A stretch of 55,466 nucleotides of DNA from Reclinomonas americana ATCC 50394. Taxonomy: Eukaryota. This document shows, piece by piece, positions 12,406 to 34,303 of the stretch (the stretch's first letter is position 1; each line of letters begins with the position of its first letter). Location: assembly GCA_048213135.1 (NCBI GenBank), contig PS015331.1:1-55466 (forward strand). The letters are read 5' to 3'. The translations under genes and the position numbers were made by a program. The notes beneath the pieces were generated by a model. It searched no databases. It was given only the letters and a program-made list of their open reading frames with translations, and was not told the origin of the DNA.

Positions 12406-14420
12406 TTAAATCGGCAGGACAACTCCGTTGGAGCGATCGAATTCCAACACTGTGGTCGCGAGGAGAAGAGGTGCAAGTTGTCGAGGTCGTAGATAGAGTG
12501 CTCCGGCTGCAAGGTGGTGAGCAAGCTGATATTCACCCGACGTTGATTGAATTGACCGTGGATTTCGCGACGTCGAAGATGCCAGTTGCAAATTTGGACC
12601 TGCGCGCGCGCAGTACGCGGGCACTGAAGCAAGAAGGTTCCAAACCTGGCTTTGCTTTGTTTGCCTGGCTATGGTCTATTCCCGAATTCGATGGATCGAA
12701 TGACAATTCGAATTCATTCGTGGTCTCTGCCAGGAAAAAACCGCAGATCTCGGCTTGTTCGAAAGCTCAGTCTGCCGCGGCCTCAAGGCTGGTGTTTACG
12801 TTTATGGTTTGTATGTGGTTGGATCAGTTGCAGACATGTGGGCGCCACGTACGCAGGNNNNNNNNNNNNNNNNNNNNNNNNNNNNNNNNNNNNNNNNNNN
12901 NNNNNNNNNNNNNNNNNNNNNNNNNNNNNNNNNNNNNNNNNNNNNNNNNNNNNNNNNNNNNNNNNNNNNNNNNNNNNNNNNNNNNNNNNNNNNNNNNNNN
13001 NNNNNNNNNNNNNNNNNNNNNNNNNNNNNNNNNNNNNNNNNNNNNNNNNNNNNNNNNNNNNNNNNNNNNNNNNNNNNNNNNNNNNNNNNNNNNNNNNNNN
13101 NNNNNNNNNNNNNNNNNNNNNNNNNNNNNNNNNNNNNNNNNNNNNNNNNNNNNNNNNNNNNNNNNNNNNNNNNNNNNNNNNNNNNNNNNNNNNNNNNNNN
13201 NNNNNNNNNNNNNNNNNNNNNNNNNNNNNNNNNNNNNNNNNNNNNNNNNNNNNNNNNNNNNNNNNNNNNNNNNNNNNNNNNNNNNNNNNNNNNNNNNNNN
13301 NNNNNNNNNNNNNNNNNNNNNNNNNNNNNNNNNNNNNNNNNNNNNNNNNNNNNNNNNNNNNNNNNNNNNNNNNNNNNNNNNNNNNNNNNNNNNNNNNNNN
13401 NNNNNNNNNNNNNNNNNNNNNNNNNNNNNNNNNNNNNNNNNNNNNNNNNNNNNNNNNNNNNNNNNNNNNNNNNNNNNNNNNNNNNNNNNNNNNNNNNNNN
13501 NNNNNNNNNNNNNNNNNNNNNNNNNNNNNNNNNNNNNNNNNNNNNNNNNNNNNNNNNNNNNNNNNNNNNNNNNNNNNNNNNNNNNNNNNNNNNNNNNNNN
13601 NNNNNNNNNNNNNNNNNNNNNNNNNNNNNNNNNNNNCACTGCAGCAAGCACATTCTGGAAGTGTTGATGTTTTGGATACGGTTGAACTTGGTCATCAAGA
13701 CAGCTGTTGCTTGTTTGTTGGTGAATGAATTGTTGTTGTTGTTAGTGACTGCCTTGGGCGGAGAAACAATTCCCCGGACCGCGTAGCAGCGAGAAACCTG
13801 ATTTAATTAGTTACTTATGGTATACTATGGTTTCTGAAAGTGAAGAACGAGCAGTCGACATAAGTATTGTCTCTTACTCGTTCTTCTTTCATTTTGCTTA
13901 TTTGATTGCACGACTTTGAAATCGATTGCAATTGGGTTTGCAACATCAAAGACACCAGTCACAGACTTGTGCGCAAAGTACACGGGCACTGCAGCTAGCA
14001 GGTTCCGGAATGGAAATGCCTGGAGGAAGGAAACAGTTCCCATGGCGCCATGGCCAGTATTGCTCGCTGCGACGTCCGCAGCGTGACATGAAGTGCAATC
14101 GATTGCGAGGATTCTCAAAGGCTGCACCATTGGCAGACGCAACTGGGCGAGCACCTAAGGACACCTCGCACTGCGCAAGCTCCGGAAAATGAAGAACGCA
14201 ATGTCCTGCTCTGCATCTGTCTCTTGATTGATTGACATTGACGAAGATGGGTGGCGGTGTGTCGACACTGGAGGCCGCCCGACAGCGGCTTGCTGCGTAT
14301 GCGCCGTGCACGGGCTTCTTCAATCGATCGGCGATGCCTGTGCGGAGTCGGCGGCGGCGTGCGCGAGGGTTGCGAAAGGCGGTGTTGGTGGGCGCGTTGG
14401 CGGTGGCGTCGCCGCGGCTG
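12406..14420 (-). CDS. Hypothetical protein(s) with two related copies of an unknown short domain, interrupted by a gap
   Basis: KSVTGVFDVANPIAID...SGELFLRPRQ (~13760-13980) versus KFATGIFDVA(N)PRSIQ...AGALYLRPRQ (~12475-12600; one frameshift at an aaa run). Confidence 0.4.
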
Positions 14421-14904
14421 ACGCACACGAATGTGTTGTTGGTGGGAGTTGAGTGGTGGTGGGAAGGGGAGAGGGAGGTAAAAGGGGAAGGGTGAAGAGA
14501 GAGCAAGAGAAGTGTGTGCGAGAGAGAAAGAGAGACAAGAAGAGAGAGGGAGAGAGAGAGAGAGAGAAAGGGTGGGGCGTGGCGTGTGTGTGTGTGTGTG
14601 TGTACAGAGAGAGAGAGAAGAAAGAGCGAGAGGGCACTGAGCGAAACAATGATTGTGGAGAGTACGAACCGGGCATGCAATGATTGTCAACAATCAGAAT
14701 GCGCTGAGTGTGTGTGAGTGAGAAAGAGTGTGTGTGCGCGAAGAGTGGATGCATGACAGTGGAGAGGAAGACGGGCTCTGGTTGAGACGGTGATTGCGGA
14801 GAGAAGAACATGGCATGCATTGGGGATTGTCATGTTGTGAGCGAGCGAGCGAGCGAGAGAGAGAGAGAGAGCAAGAGAGAGAGTCCCTCGTTTCCACTTC
14901 TCCT

Positions 14905-16010
14905 CACTTCCTCCTCGCGTCGCTGCTCCTCCTTGCGTCGCTGCTNNNNNNNNNNNNNNNNNNNNNNNNNNNNNNNNNNNNNNNNNNNNNNNNNNNNNNN
15001 NNNNNNNNNNNNNNNNNNNNNNNNNNNNNNNNNNNNNNNNNNNNNNNNNNNNNNNNNNNNNNNNNNNNNNNNNNNNNNNNNNNNNNNNNNNNNNNNNNNN
15101 NNNNNNNNNNNNNNNNNNNNNNNNNNNNNNNNNNNNNNNNNNNNNNNNNNNNNNNNNNNNNNNNNNNNNNNNNNNNNNNNNNNNNNNNNNNNNNNNNNNN
15201 NNNNNNNNNNNNNNNNNNNNNNNNNNNNNNNNNNNNNNNNNNNNNNNNNNNNNNNNNNNNNNNNNNNNNNNNNNNNNNNNNNNNNNNNNNNNNNNNNNNN
15301 NNNNNNNNNNNNNNNNNNNNNNNNNNNNNNNNNNNNNNNNNNNNNNNNNNNNNNNNNNNNNNNNNNNNNNNNNNNNNNNNNNNNNNNNNNNNNNNNNNNN
15401 NNNNNNNNNNNNNNNNNNNNNNNNNNNNNNNNNNNNNNNNNNNNNNNNNNNNNNNNNNNNNNNNNNNNNNNNNNNNNNNNNNNNNNNNNNNNNNNNNNNN
15501 NNNNNNNNNNNNNNNNNNNNNNNNNNNNNNNNNNNNNNNNNNNNNNNNNNNNNNNNNNNNNNNNNNNNNNNNNNNNNNNNNNNNNNNNNNNNNNNNNNNN
15601 NNNNNNNNNNNNNNNNNNNNNNNNNNNNNNNNNNNNNNNNNNNNNNNNNNNNNNNNNNNNNNNNNNNNNNNNNNNNNNNNNNNNNNNNNNNNNNNNNNNN
15701 NNNNNNNNNNNNNNNNNNNNNNNNNNNNNNNNNNNNNNNNNNNNNNNNNNNNNNNNNNNNNNNNNNNNNNNNNNNNNNNNNNNNNNNNNNNNNNNNNNNN
15801 NNNNNNNNNNNNNNNNNNNNNNNNNNNNNNNNNNNNNNNNNNNNNNNNNNNNNNNNNNCCTCCTTGCGTCGCTGCTCCTCCTTGCGTCGCTGCTCCTCCT
15901 TGCGTCGCTGCTCCTCCTTGCGTCGCTGCTCCTCCTTGCGTCGCTGCTCCTCCTTGCGTCGCTGCTCCTCCTTGCGTCTCTGCTCCTCCTTGCGTCCTTG
16001 CGTCGCTCTG
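14905..16010. repeat. 18-bp minisatellite (ctcctccttgcgtcgctg) on both sides of the gap
   Basis: The same unit flanks the N-run on both sides. Confidence 0.8.
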
Positions 16011-16065
16011 CCTCCTCTTTCTTCCTCCTCCTGTCCACGCCTGACGCCCCTTCTCTCCAACGCAG

Positions 16066-17127
16066 CCCTCCGGCGGCGGCAAGTCCTGCCTGATCAACAA
16101 CCTAGTGCGCGCTCTGCTTGGTGACGCGAGCGGCGTATGCGACGAGTTCCAGTTTGGCAACGACGGTGCGCGACTCTTTTCCTTGCCTCCATTACTTCAT
16201 CGCCGCTCACCCGCCTCTGTGCAGGCACATTGGAGTTCATCTCCTTCCTCGGCTCGCAATATCGCTTCAAGCTGTGGGACTCGAGGTGCGCTGGCTCGTG
16301 TCTGACACATATTCCTATCAGATTCTCATTCGTGTTGCTCGCTGCAGAGGGTATTGTGAAACCGCGTCTTTATCGTCACGACTTTGCCTCATCGCACATA
16401 TTCCTCCTTCCCTCCCCTTCCCCTCCCCCCTTCCCCTCCCCCCTTCCCCTCCCCCTTCCCCTCCCCTTCCCCCAGAGCCGTCGCACCGGAAATGTTCGTC
16501 AGCCTGGTGGAGCGGCGCGTGGCCGACGGTCACGTGGTGCCGCAGTACCCGCAGGAGCTGATTGACGCGAGCGGACTGGCCGCGCCACCCAGTGTGCCCG
16601 AGGAGCAGATGCACGCTTGCATCTTTGTGCACAGTGCCCGTGATCCGCGCGATTTGCTGCCGTACGCCGACTCGATGCGATGCATTCGCCGCTTTGGTGA
16701 GCGCGCGAGCGAAGAGACATCTTCTCTTCTCTTTCTCACCTCTCTCTCCCTGTATTCCCCAAACCGAAGGCGTGCCAATCTTCACCGTCTGCACGCACGC
16801 GCGCTCGCTCAACCAGGCGCAGCGCGTCGCCTTGCAGACGCGCATGGCCCCGATCTCCTTCTCCGCCGATGAGGCCACGTACTTTTATGACCTGCTGCCG
16901 CGCGAGAAACTGGAGGAGCAGTCGGAGGAGGCGTCGGTTGCGCTGCTGCACATGTTGCTGGCCGTGCTGCAGCAGTCGGAGAAGTTTCGTGTGGTGGAGA
17001 GGAAAGTGAGGACTGGGTCTGTCACAGCTGACTGGTTTCAACATGCCGCAGGTACATGAAGTACTTGGTGCAGCGCGGACTGCTGGAGGGGCAGCTGAGA
17101 CCGATCGGGGAGTCAAGCGAACAGTAA
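16066..17127 (+). CDS. IFI44/IFI44L-like P-loop GTPase (5' exon(s) probably in the gap; last exon frame uncertain)
   Basis: Spliced: (G)PSGGGKSCLINNL (Walker A), FKLWDSRG (G3), FVSLVERRVADGH, PSVPEEQMHACIFVHSA, GVPIFTVCTHA (G4-like), VALLHMLLAVLQQSEKF. These follow the motif order I recall for IFI44 (GKSSFFNS, LCDSLG, RIHCVAFVFDA, VALLTHVD, LILSALRRML). Confidence 0.7.
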
Positions 17128-17209
17128 ACTCGCAGTGTTGATCAGGCACCGTCGAACAGCACGCAGTGGTGGTGACTGATGCTTGAAGATCAGTAGCACT
17201 CGCAGTGCA

Positions 17210-17585
17210 CTGAGGTGGCATCTGCTATTGGCACGATGGTCCGGAAGAGCACAAATGTATTGACCAGCATCACGTATCTGTTCTTCTCCGTGAGAAGCAA
17301 GTCCACCAAATCAAGCCCACCGATGGTAAAACATCCTCACTCGCAGCACAATGAGGTGGCATCTGCTGTTGGCACGATGGACAGGAAGAGCTCTTGTTTC
17401 TGCACTCATCTGTTCTTCTCAGTGGGAAGCAAGCCCACCACCGATGGTAAATCATCCTCACTCGCAGCACAATGAGGTGGCATCTGCTGTTGGCACGATG
17501 GACAGGAAGAGCTCTTGTTTCTGCACTCATCTGTTCTTCTCAGTGAGAAGCAAGCCCACCACCGATGGTAATCCATCCTCACTCT
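17210..17585. repeat. Tandem repeat, ~121-141-bp unit, 3 copies
   Basis: tgaggtggcatctgct recurs at ~17211, 17352 and 17473. Confidence 0.85.
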
Positions 17586-17601
17586 CACGCTCTGTCTCAT
17601 G

Positions 17602-26691
<9,090 letters not shown>

Positions 26692-26760
26692 GCGCACAAC
26701 GAAGAAACGCGTGTGTAGTGACAGACTGACTGTCTATCGATCGGTTCCAGCAATATCGTT

Positions 26761-29721
26761 TTACTTAGTTCTGCGAGTGCGTGACGCAGATGTGATACTT
26801 TTGCCACGGGTAACAGCTCTAACAGGTACTCTCCACGATCTCAGCGACAAGCCCACAAAGATTGCCACAAACGGAACCACCTCGTACTCGGGATGCAACT
26901 TCCGCAGGTTCGTCGCATATCGCTGCACCTGCTTATCGGCGGCAGCTACCGTGGCTGCAAGTGTCGTTGTGACCATAGCTTGCGCTTTCTGGTCGAAGTA
27001 GCTGTACGACAGAGAAGGCAATTGTTTCCTGCCGTTGTCGGTCGCCAAGTGCTCGTTCGCCTGCACCCACAATTCGTTAGCGAACATCCAACTCTCACCG
27101 CGAAGCAACAGGAGATGCGCACCGGAAGCACAGCCTCGAGAGCAGACTGAGCCTCATCAGTACGATGTGCCTTGGCCTCCATGTATGTCGACTGGCTGGT
27201 TGGAGGACTGCGAAGATTCAAGTGGATCCTGTTTAGTGGAATGCACTTGAACTCGAGCACCAGGATGCGCTTCGGACACTCCATGAAAAGCGCCATGTCG
27301 CAGATTGCTGACACTGGCTCATGCTGCACTCAAAGAGTAAGTGTAATCACAAGTCTCACAGTTCGCAGCATCGTTGCTCACCTCTATGCTGATATTTAGC
27401 TCACACTCAATCTTGGCCGGAACTTTGGCGGCCATGAGCTGCACGTCAAAGGCGTCCCTGACGTTTTTACCTCGCGCACTTGCTCTGGATTACACAACAT
27501 GCGTCGGCGCAAATAGCGCTCACAGACGTCGCTCAAGGGAACAATGTTGAGATCACTGCTTTGTGTTGAGCATACACCGAGTGAAAGGAGGACGTAGAGC
27601 GGCAATTGAAGAAGAACCTGAGGAGCGAATTGCAGGCAGTTGGATCGGTACGCTGCACGAGGCGCTGGAGAATGCGGTCGCGCGTGTTTTCATTCGGCAC
27701 CATCAGCGCTATGCGAGGAGCTTCGAGTAAGCGCAGGGGTGTGCATAGCAAGACGAAACACGACAAACACAACAATTTCCATCCGGCGCGATCGTATAGC
27801 CGCCAAGGTACTGGCAGAACTGCGCAAATGCGGGCGCATCGGCACTGGCAATGTCTTCGTGAAAGAATGGCATGTCACGCGGCAGTGGGATCTTGGAACC
27901 ACGCAGCATGCCAAGCAACGACGGCAGTGAGGCGACTCCACCATCATCTGCAGTGCCGGGCTGCTCAGCTCAGCCTGCTGGAATACAGTGGTCGGCGTTG
28001 CTTGACCCAGCTCTATCAACTGTGGGACCTGATGAGAGGTGTCCGACAAGTGCGAGGAATGAGAACAAAAAAAACACACCCGCAGGTACGACATGACTTG
28101 GTCGGTGCAGTACATGGGAATGGCATCCGCGGACGGGAAGAACCGAAAGCCATTGTAATGCTGACGGATGACGGTACGGTGGAATGTCTTCTCGTCGACA
28201 GACAACGAGCGAGTGCCGTTGAACTGCAGTTGGTCCAACACCAAATCAACCTCGGCGCCCGTCAGACCGCACACGGATTGCGTTTGCTGGAAGAATGTCC
28301 AATCCTGACCGATGTTGAAGCCGCTCGTCATGTCGTTGACGGCCAGGGGGAGTACACTGCGCACGGGGGAAATCAGTGCCTGCAGTGTACGTGATGGGGA
28401 CAGGACAGGAGCTAACCCAGTGATGAGCATGAAGCCAACGGCGTCAGCCTGTACAGCACTCTTGATGGTGGCGAACAGACCCTTCACGCCACTGTCGCTC
28501 AGCAGAATATGGTACTTGCGCTCGTCGACGTCGTCCAGTGCTGGTACGAAGGGGCGATCGGATTCGTCGACGAGGATGACGAGCTGCGAGGTGGCGTGTG
28601 TGCGTGTGTGCAAGTGAGAAAGTGAGTGAGTGAGTGAGTGAGTGAGTGTGAGTGTGTGTGTGCGTTTGTGTGTGTGCATGTGTTGGCGATTGAAAATGAA
28701 AGAGCAAGCTGGTCACACCTTCCTGCCGAGACCCCGCACGGTTCTCACAATGGCCTGAAGCGCAGCAGAAGGCTTGCCGAATCTGGCAATGCCAGACGCC
28801 TTGAACTCGGGATAGCTGTCCAAGAAAGGCGTGACGCAGAACTGCGAAAAGAATTCCTCAAAGGTGGCGCGTGATGACTGTGGTTCCGAGAGCGAGAATT
28901 CCAGCGCCGTCATGTCCATCCTCAACACGTAGTGCTGGCACGGTAGCTGGTTGCGGTGTACCTCGTGGATGCGATCCACAATATGTAACCCCTGCGGCAA
29001 GAAACAGACAACCACAAGCAACGACAAACGCAAACACAAAAGTGGATAGAGAGAGGGAGAGCGTGAGGGAGAGCGACGCTTCTTGAAGAAGGGCGACCAA
29101 GTGAAACATACCAGGAAAAGGCGCTCGAACTTACTCTCTCCCTGTGAGGCCTGTCTGCTGAGCAGCCGCGTGTGCAGTGCCGACACGGCGTGCTCGCGGA
29201 TGGCCCGCACTTCCGCGTGTGAGCGATCAGCCATGGCCTCACGTTCAGCGGAAGACAGCGCATTGTTGATGTCGTGATAGTTGGCGAGAGTGTCGACCAG
29301 CATGCTCTTGCCGAAGCGGCGAGGGCGCACAAAAAGAATAGGCGACACTCTCTCAGGAGCAAGCCAGGGGAGAAGTTGCGCGGTCTTGTCGACATAACAG
29401 AACGACTCGCTCGTGCGGATGCCGACGAAACTGTCACCAGTGGGTGGTGGAATCAAGTGCCCTGCGAGAGAAGAGGAAGGATGACGTGCGTGAGAGATAG
29501 ATAAAGGGTCAGTCGCTCTCGCTTTCTCTTAATCATAGCACAAGAGCAAGAGAGTGCGAAGAGAGAGAGAGAAAATTGCGTGTCAGGTCTGGATCCGGAT
29601 ACTCTGACCACACAGTAATACACTGCACATTAGCTGTTCACGCACCTCCAACGACGGAAGCAGTGGCGGTGGCGTAAGTACGGGGAGATGCGTGGGTGGT
29701 GAATACCCACAAGCGCATCAT
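26761..29721 (-). CDS. AAA-ATPase-like (PF09820-type) + PD-(D/E)xK nuclease (PDDEXK_9/DUF1703-type) protein; intron-containing; apparent frameshift near 27930
   Basis: PTGDSFVGIR...YVDKT...ILFVRPRRFGKSMLVDTL (Walker A), VILVDESDRP (Walker B), HYNGFRF, YLGGYTI, LMVPNE, ICDMALF...ILVLEFKCI (nuclease D...ExK), ADKQVQRY. First exon is 29721-29646. Confidence 0.85.
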
Positions 29722-29796
29722 CTTCGGAGATCAATCTACAAAACAGAAGGTGAGATGTCCTGCGGAAACAGCACACGAATTCTTTGAGCGGACACC

Positions 29797-30095
29797 ATGT
29801 CAAGGGTTGAGGGTGGAGAAGAAACACTGATCTCACGCCAATCAAGGGTTGAGAATGCAGGAGAGACACTGATAACACGCGCACTCCGATCAAGGGTTGA
29901 GGGTGGAGAGAGATACTGATTAATATAGCACGCGCCGATCAAGGGCTGGGGGTGGAAGACACTGATTGCACGCGCACACCGATCAAGAGTTGAGAGTGGA
30001 GAGAGATACTCATCACACGCACACGCCGATCAAGAGTTGACAGTGGAGAGAGATATTGATTGCACACACACACACTCCGATCAAGGGTTCCTGGT
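29797..30095. repeat. ~47-bp minisatellite (ccgatcaagggttgagggtggagagagatactgattgcacgcacaca), copy 1
   Basis: About 6-7 tandem units. Confidence 0.85.
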
Positions 30096-30254
30096 GGAGG
30101 GCGAGAGAAGACGGAGAATACTCTAAGCAGGACGGTTACGATGAGACGAGCGAGGGTAGACACAGATGAGCAGAATTGCGAAGTTTCGCGTTGGTTGTTC
30201 AACTTAAAAGATAACTCCTTCCCACAGCGCCACACCGCCACAAAGACTAATTAG

Positions 30255-33200
30255 CTAATGTTGCAATCCAGTCCGCCACGCGCTCTCGAGATAGGCTCGC
30301 ATCTCAGCATCGGCAAACAGAGCCGCATGTCCGCCACTAGCTAGGAGTCGGAACAATTCGTCCAACGAGCACACACCAATCTCCGTCTGCTGCACTACGC
30401 CGTGTACCGCAGCGGCAAGATCCTCCGACTTGTCCTGTAGAAGAGGCATTCGTCCGTAGAAATGACGAAGGGACGAAACCAGCATTGGAACAGTGGCACA
30501 GTTGACATTCAAGGTCACTGCACCAAACAAACACACAATCATCACCACGATCAGAATCAGTGACTGCAAGCACGCGGGCGCAACAGTATGACATGGCAAT
30601 CAAATGGAATACTGGTCCATGATAGATTCCAAAACCGTGTCCGTCCACAATCCAAACAGGGAGCGCTGGATCCTGCTTGACGTCTTTCAAGCGGTACAAA
30701 CTAACTCCCAGGCATATCGGCAGCACCTTTTGTTTGCGGAACAGATTTGCGATGTGCTGCGAGCGCCACGTCTCAGCATCGCAGCGACGAGACCAATCGT
30801 AGCACAACACATCTCAGCGTACCAATTGACTGCGCCTCACTTCTTTTGCTTCGATTCTTGAGTAGCTCTTGCGTTGATCCAGGAGCACAACATACTCGTA
30901 CTCCTTTCCTTCGTACTTGGTCGGCTGGCTCAGCGGGAGACACACCACAACATCAATTCCGTGCTGACCGTCCTTGCACAGCCAGACGTTGATAGGCTAC
31001 ATACCGAAAAATGAGAAAAGACGTCGCACACACACGAACAATAGAATGAGACATCCTCACCGTCGCTGACTTGCAGCGCTTCACAATCTCCTCCACGACT
31101 CCCTCGTCCTTCAGCAACCCCGGAAGCTTGTTGATCTGAAGACGAATGTGAGGCTGCAACTCTCTCGTCAAGTGACGCGGGACAGCCAGCACACCTCGTA
31201 GGTAACAGTTTCTTTCTTGGTTTCCTCCCTGGAGAAGGCGGCCAAACTGAACATTGGAATCGTGACCTCCAACTTCCACAGGTCGGCAAACTTGTCGCTC
31301 ATATCGAACTGCAACCGAAGATCCTTCTCCGGGTCAGGCGACAGCGAAGTCACGCCAAATCCACGCAAGAGTTTCTCGATTGTACACCGGCGCTGACTCG
31401 CGCGACCATGGTGGGCCAAGAGGAGAAGGTGGAAATAGTATCCAAACGTCTCAAACCACAAGCCCGTGGACTACAGAGAAACCATGAAAGCGAGACATTA
31501 GAGAAAATGAGTGCGAGATGGCAATAAGCTCAACTGACAGACCTGATTTCCCATTGTGTATGCTGCGCACACAGCAGCAAAGCAACGCTGATACAGTGTT
31601 TGTGGAACATGACTGCCATCAGCAAACGGTACTCGAATAGTAGCCACTGTGCGGTTGTGCGGTGCATACTGCAGATATACGAGACCGGTCTGCTCGTACT
31701 CCGCTAGCAGGCCGTCTGGCTCGACTGCCGCGGGTTTACCAGTGAGCGCGCATTGCAAGATGTCGTCGTCACCGGCGGAGAGCAGGAGCCCAGTAGCAGA
31801 ATAATAGAGCGCAACCTTGTTCAACGACTCTGCCGTCACAGCTGCGCAAATCCCACGTAAACGCAAACAAGAACTCGCAGGGTGGATACACTTACATTGT
31901 GCTCACCTTTTTTGTCAAGCACAACAGTTCCCTCTTGCAACCACTGCTTCAGTACACCAGACGGCTCCAGATCGAAAGACTGGAAGACCTTCTGTGTCAA
32001 TACGTGTTCTGCAAATGCGTTGAATAAGAAAGAATTCCCTCAGCGTAACCAGCCATATTAACGCACGAGCAATGCTCTTGATATACTGTTCCCAGCCACG
32101 CGGGTGACCACTGAGCGACTGCATTGTCGCGACGACTCGCCAGGAGCGTCTCCAAGGCAACTTGGCTGCATACATGTAACCACTCCATTCTCAACGAAGT
32201 GGCACACAAAGTGAAGCACGAGCAGCCAGCCAGCCAACCTCACCGTGAAATACATGGTCAATGATGCTCTCCACATCGTGCGGCGGCAGCAACGGCATCG
32301 GCACTGGCTTCACTGCAACTCCGGACGCCTCGAGAATCAAACTGCGCACTGGGCCAGAACCGATCCCGGCAAACACTGGCAAGAGCTGCAGCTGCTGAAA
32401 GGTGGTCATGTATACAGCCTGGCAATGTAGAGCGACCACGCGTAGATACTCTCGACGATCGCTGACGGAAAGGTCATGATTAATCGATACGAGGCGGCCA
32501 ATTTCGTCGACGGACAACAGAATCCAGATCCTGTAACAAGCGGTACGCGGAGGGGTCATAAGCAAAATTCCTACAGTTGTGACACTCGGACAGGCGACAC
32601 GCACCGCTTATTTCCGATATGTGAAGCATAAATCCGTCTCACATCAAAAGCAACAGCCTGAAGGACAGCCGACAGGGAGAGCGCCCGACCCTCGACCCCA
32701 AGGTCCCTGACGAATTCCGGAAGAGCGTAATCCGGCGGGCAAGTATAGTTCCACAAAACGCGAGCCGCGAGTCCAGACAGGCGCAAATTCCGATTCCTCT
32801 CCTCCACCTCCGAAACACCACTTCCATTGCCGTAGGTGACAAACAGTGGTAGCAGCACGGCACCCGCAGGTAAATCTACCATCAAAGCACAATACTAAGG
32901 TATTGGTGCACACGCAGTGCGATTGTAGACAAACGATCACTCACGTTTGACAAATTCCTCTGGCAGTTCCTTGACAAACCTCGACTTGCCTGTACCTGGA
33001 GCGGCAACAACGAACGGCAGCTTCGCATTCATCTTGTCGATCAGATACCCAGCGCCCGACTCGACCGGCTGTCGAAGAGTATTTGCAAATGCACTCAGTA
33101 CCGCTTCCAGTGACAGCTGGCGATCGTCCCACAGATAAGGGAAATCAACCCCAAACGAGTTGATGACGTGCGCCGACGCGCGACGGATTGCCGCTTTCGA

Positions 33201-34303
33201 CTCGTCTGGCACCACAGCAGTCGGTCCGCCGAAAAGCACACGACGTCGCCGATCTTCATCAGAGAGCAAGTACTGAGCCGGGATGCGATCGTGCACCAGC
33301 TGCCAAATGCTCTCTGTGGGTGAAAATGCAGGTCAGGCAGGGAGGTCGATTGATACGCATGCGTAAGGCGACATACCAGCAGTTAGAATCTCGTCCTTCT
33401 TGCGCTTCTCATCGCGCAACGACTTCAACTCGTCGCGTAAGGACTTAATCTCGTCGCCCAGCTTGCCTTCCTTGTCGCGCAAGGACTTAATCACGTCCAG
33501 CAGCTTGTTCTTCTCGTCGCGCAGCTTGTTTTCCTTGTCGCGCAACAGAAGCTTCTCGGCACGCAAATAGTCTAGCTCCTTGCCGGGCCCGGCATTCGCC
33601 GCCTTCATCTCCGCCTCCGTGATCTCGCTTGCAACACCGCGAATGACCGCCTCCAAGTCCTCAATCTTCTGCGCCGTCTCGCTGATCTCTTGCTTAATGT
33701 CAGCTGGACACACATACATGAGATTGTAATGAGATACGAGAGATGGGATAAGAGGGAGAAGGAGGGGGAGGGGGAGGGGAGGGGGGGGGAGGNNNNNNNN
33801 NNNNNNNNNNNNNNNNNNNNNNNNNNNNNNNNNNNNNNNNNNNNNNNNNNNNNNNNNNNNNNNNNNNNNNNNNNNNNNNNNNNNNNNNNNNNNNNNNNNN
33901 NNNNNNNNNNNNNNNNNNNNNNNNNNNNNNNNNNNNNNNNNNNNNNNNNNNNNNNNNNNNNNNNNNNNNNNNNNNNNNNNNNNNNNNNNNNNNNNNNNNN
34001 NNNNNNNNNNNNNNNNNNNNNNNNNNNNNNNNNNNNNNNNNNNNNNNNNNNNNNNNNNNGAAGAGGGAAGAGGGAGAGGGAAGAGGGAAGAGGGAAGAGG
34101 GAAGAGGGAAGAGAGATGAGGGAAGAGGGAAGAGGGAGGAGGGAAGAGGGAAGAGGGAAGAGGGAGGAGGGAAGAGGGAGGAGGGAAGAAGGAAGAGGGA
34201 GGAGGGAAGAGGGAGGAGGGAGGAGGGAAGAGGGAAGAGGGTGAGTGAAAGGGAGAGAGTGAGGGAGAGGGAGGGGGAGAAAAAACAGGAGCACACCAGC
34301 CAT
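30255..34303 (-). CDS. Crinkler/RHS-like (CR) effector: coiled-coil header + STAND-like P-loop NTPase + REase-fold nuclease + C-terminal HhH-like module; start codon tentative
   Basis: Header ELDYLRAEKLLLRDKENKLRDEKNKL; Walker A VVAAPGTGKSR; LFVTYGNGS; Walker B ILLSVDEIG; LSGHPRGWEQY; WFETFG; nuclease GIDVVV...VVLLDQRKS; C-terminal LNVNCATVPML...SLDEL. Short GT-AG introns join the pieces. Confidence 0.75.

Noticed and set aside
12279-16160. Long ORFs in the supplied track
   Set aside because: Artefacts of translating through N-runs; the same applies to the other gap-spanning ORFs
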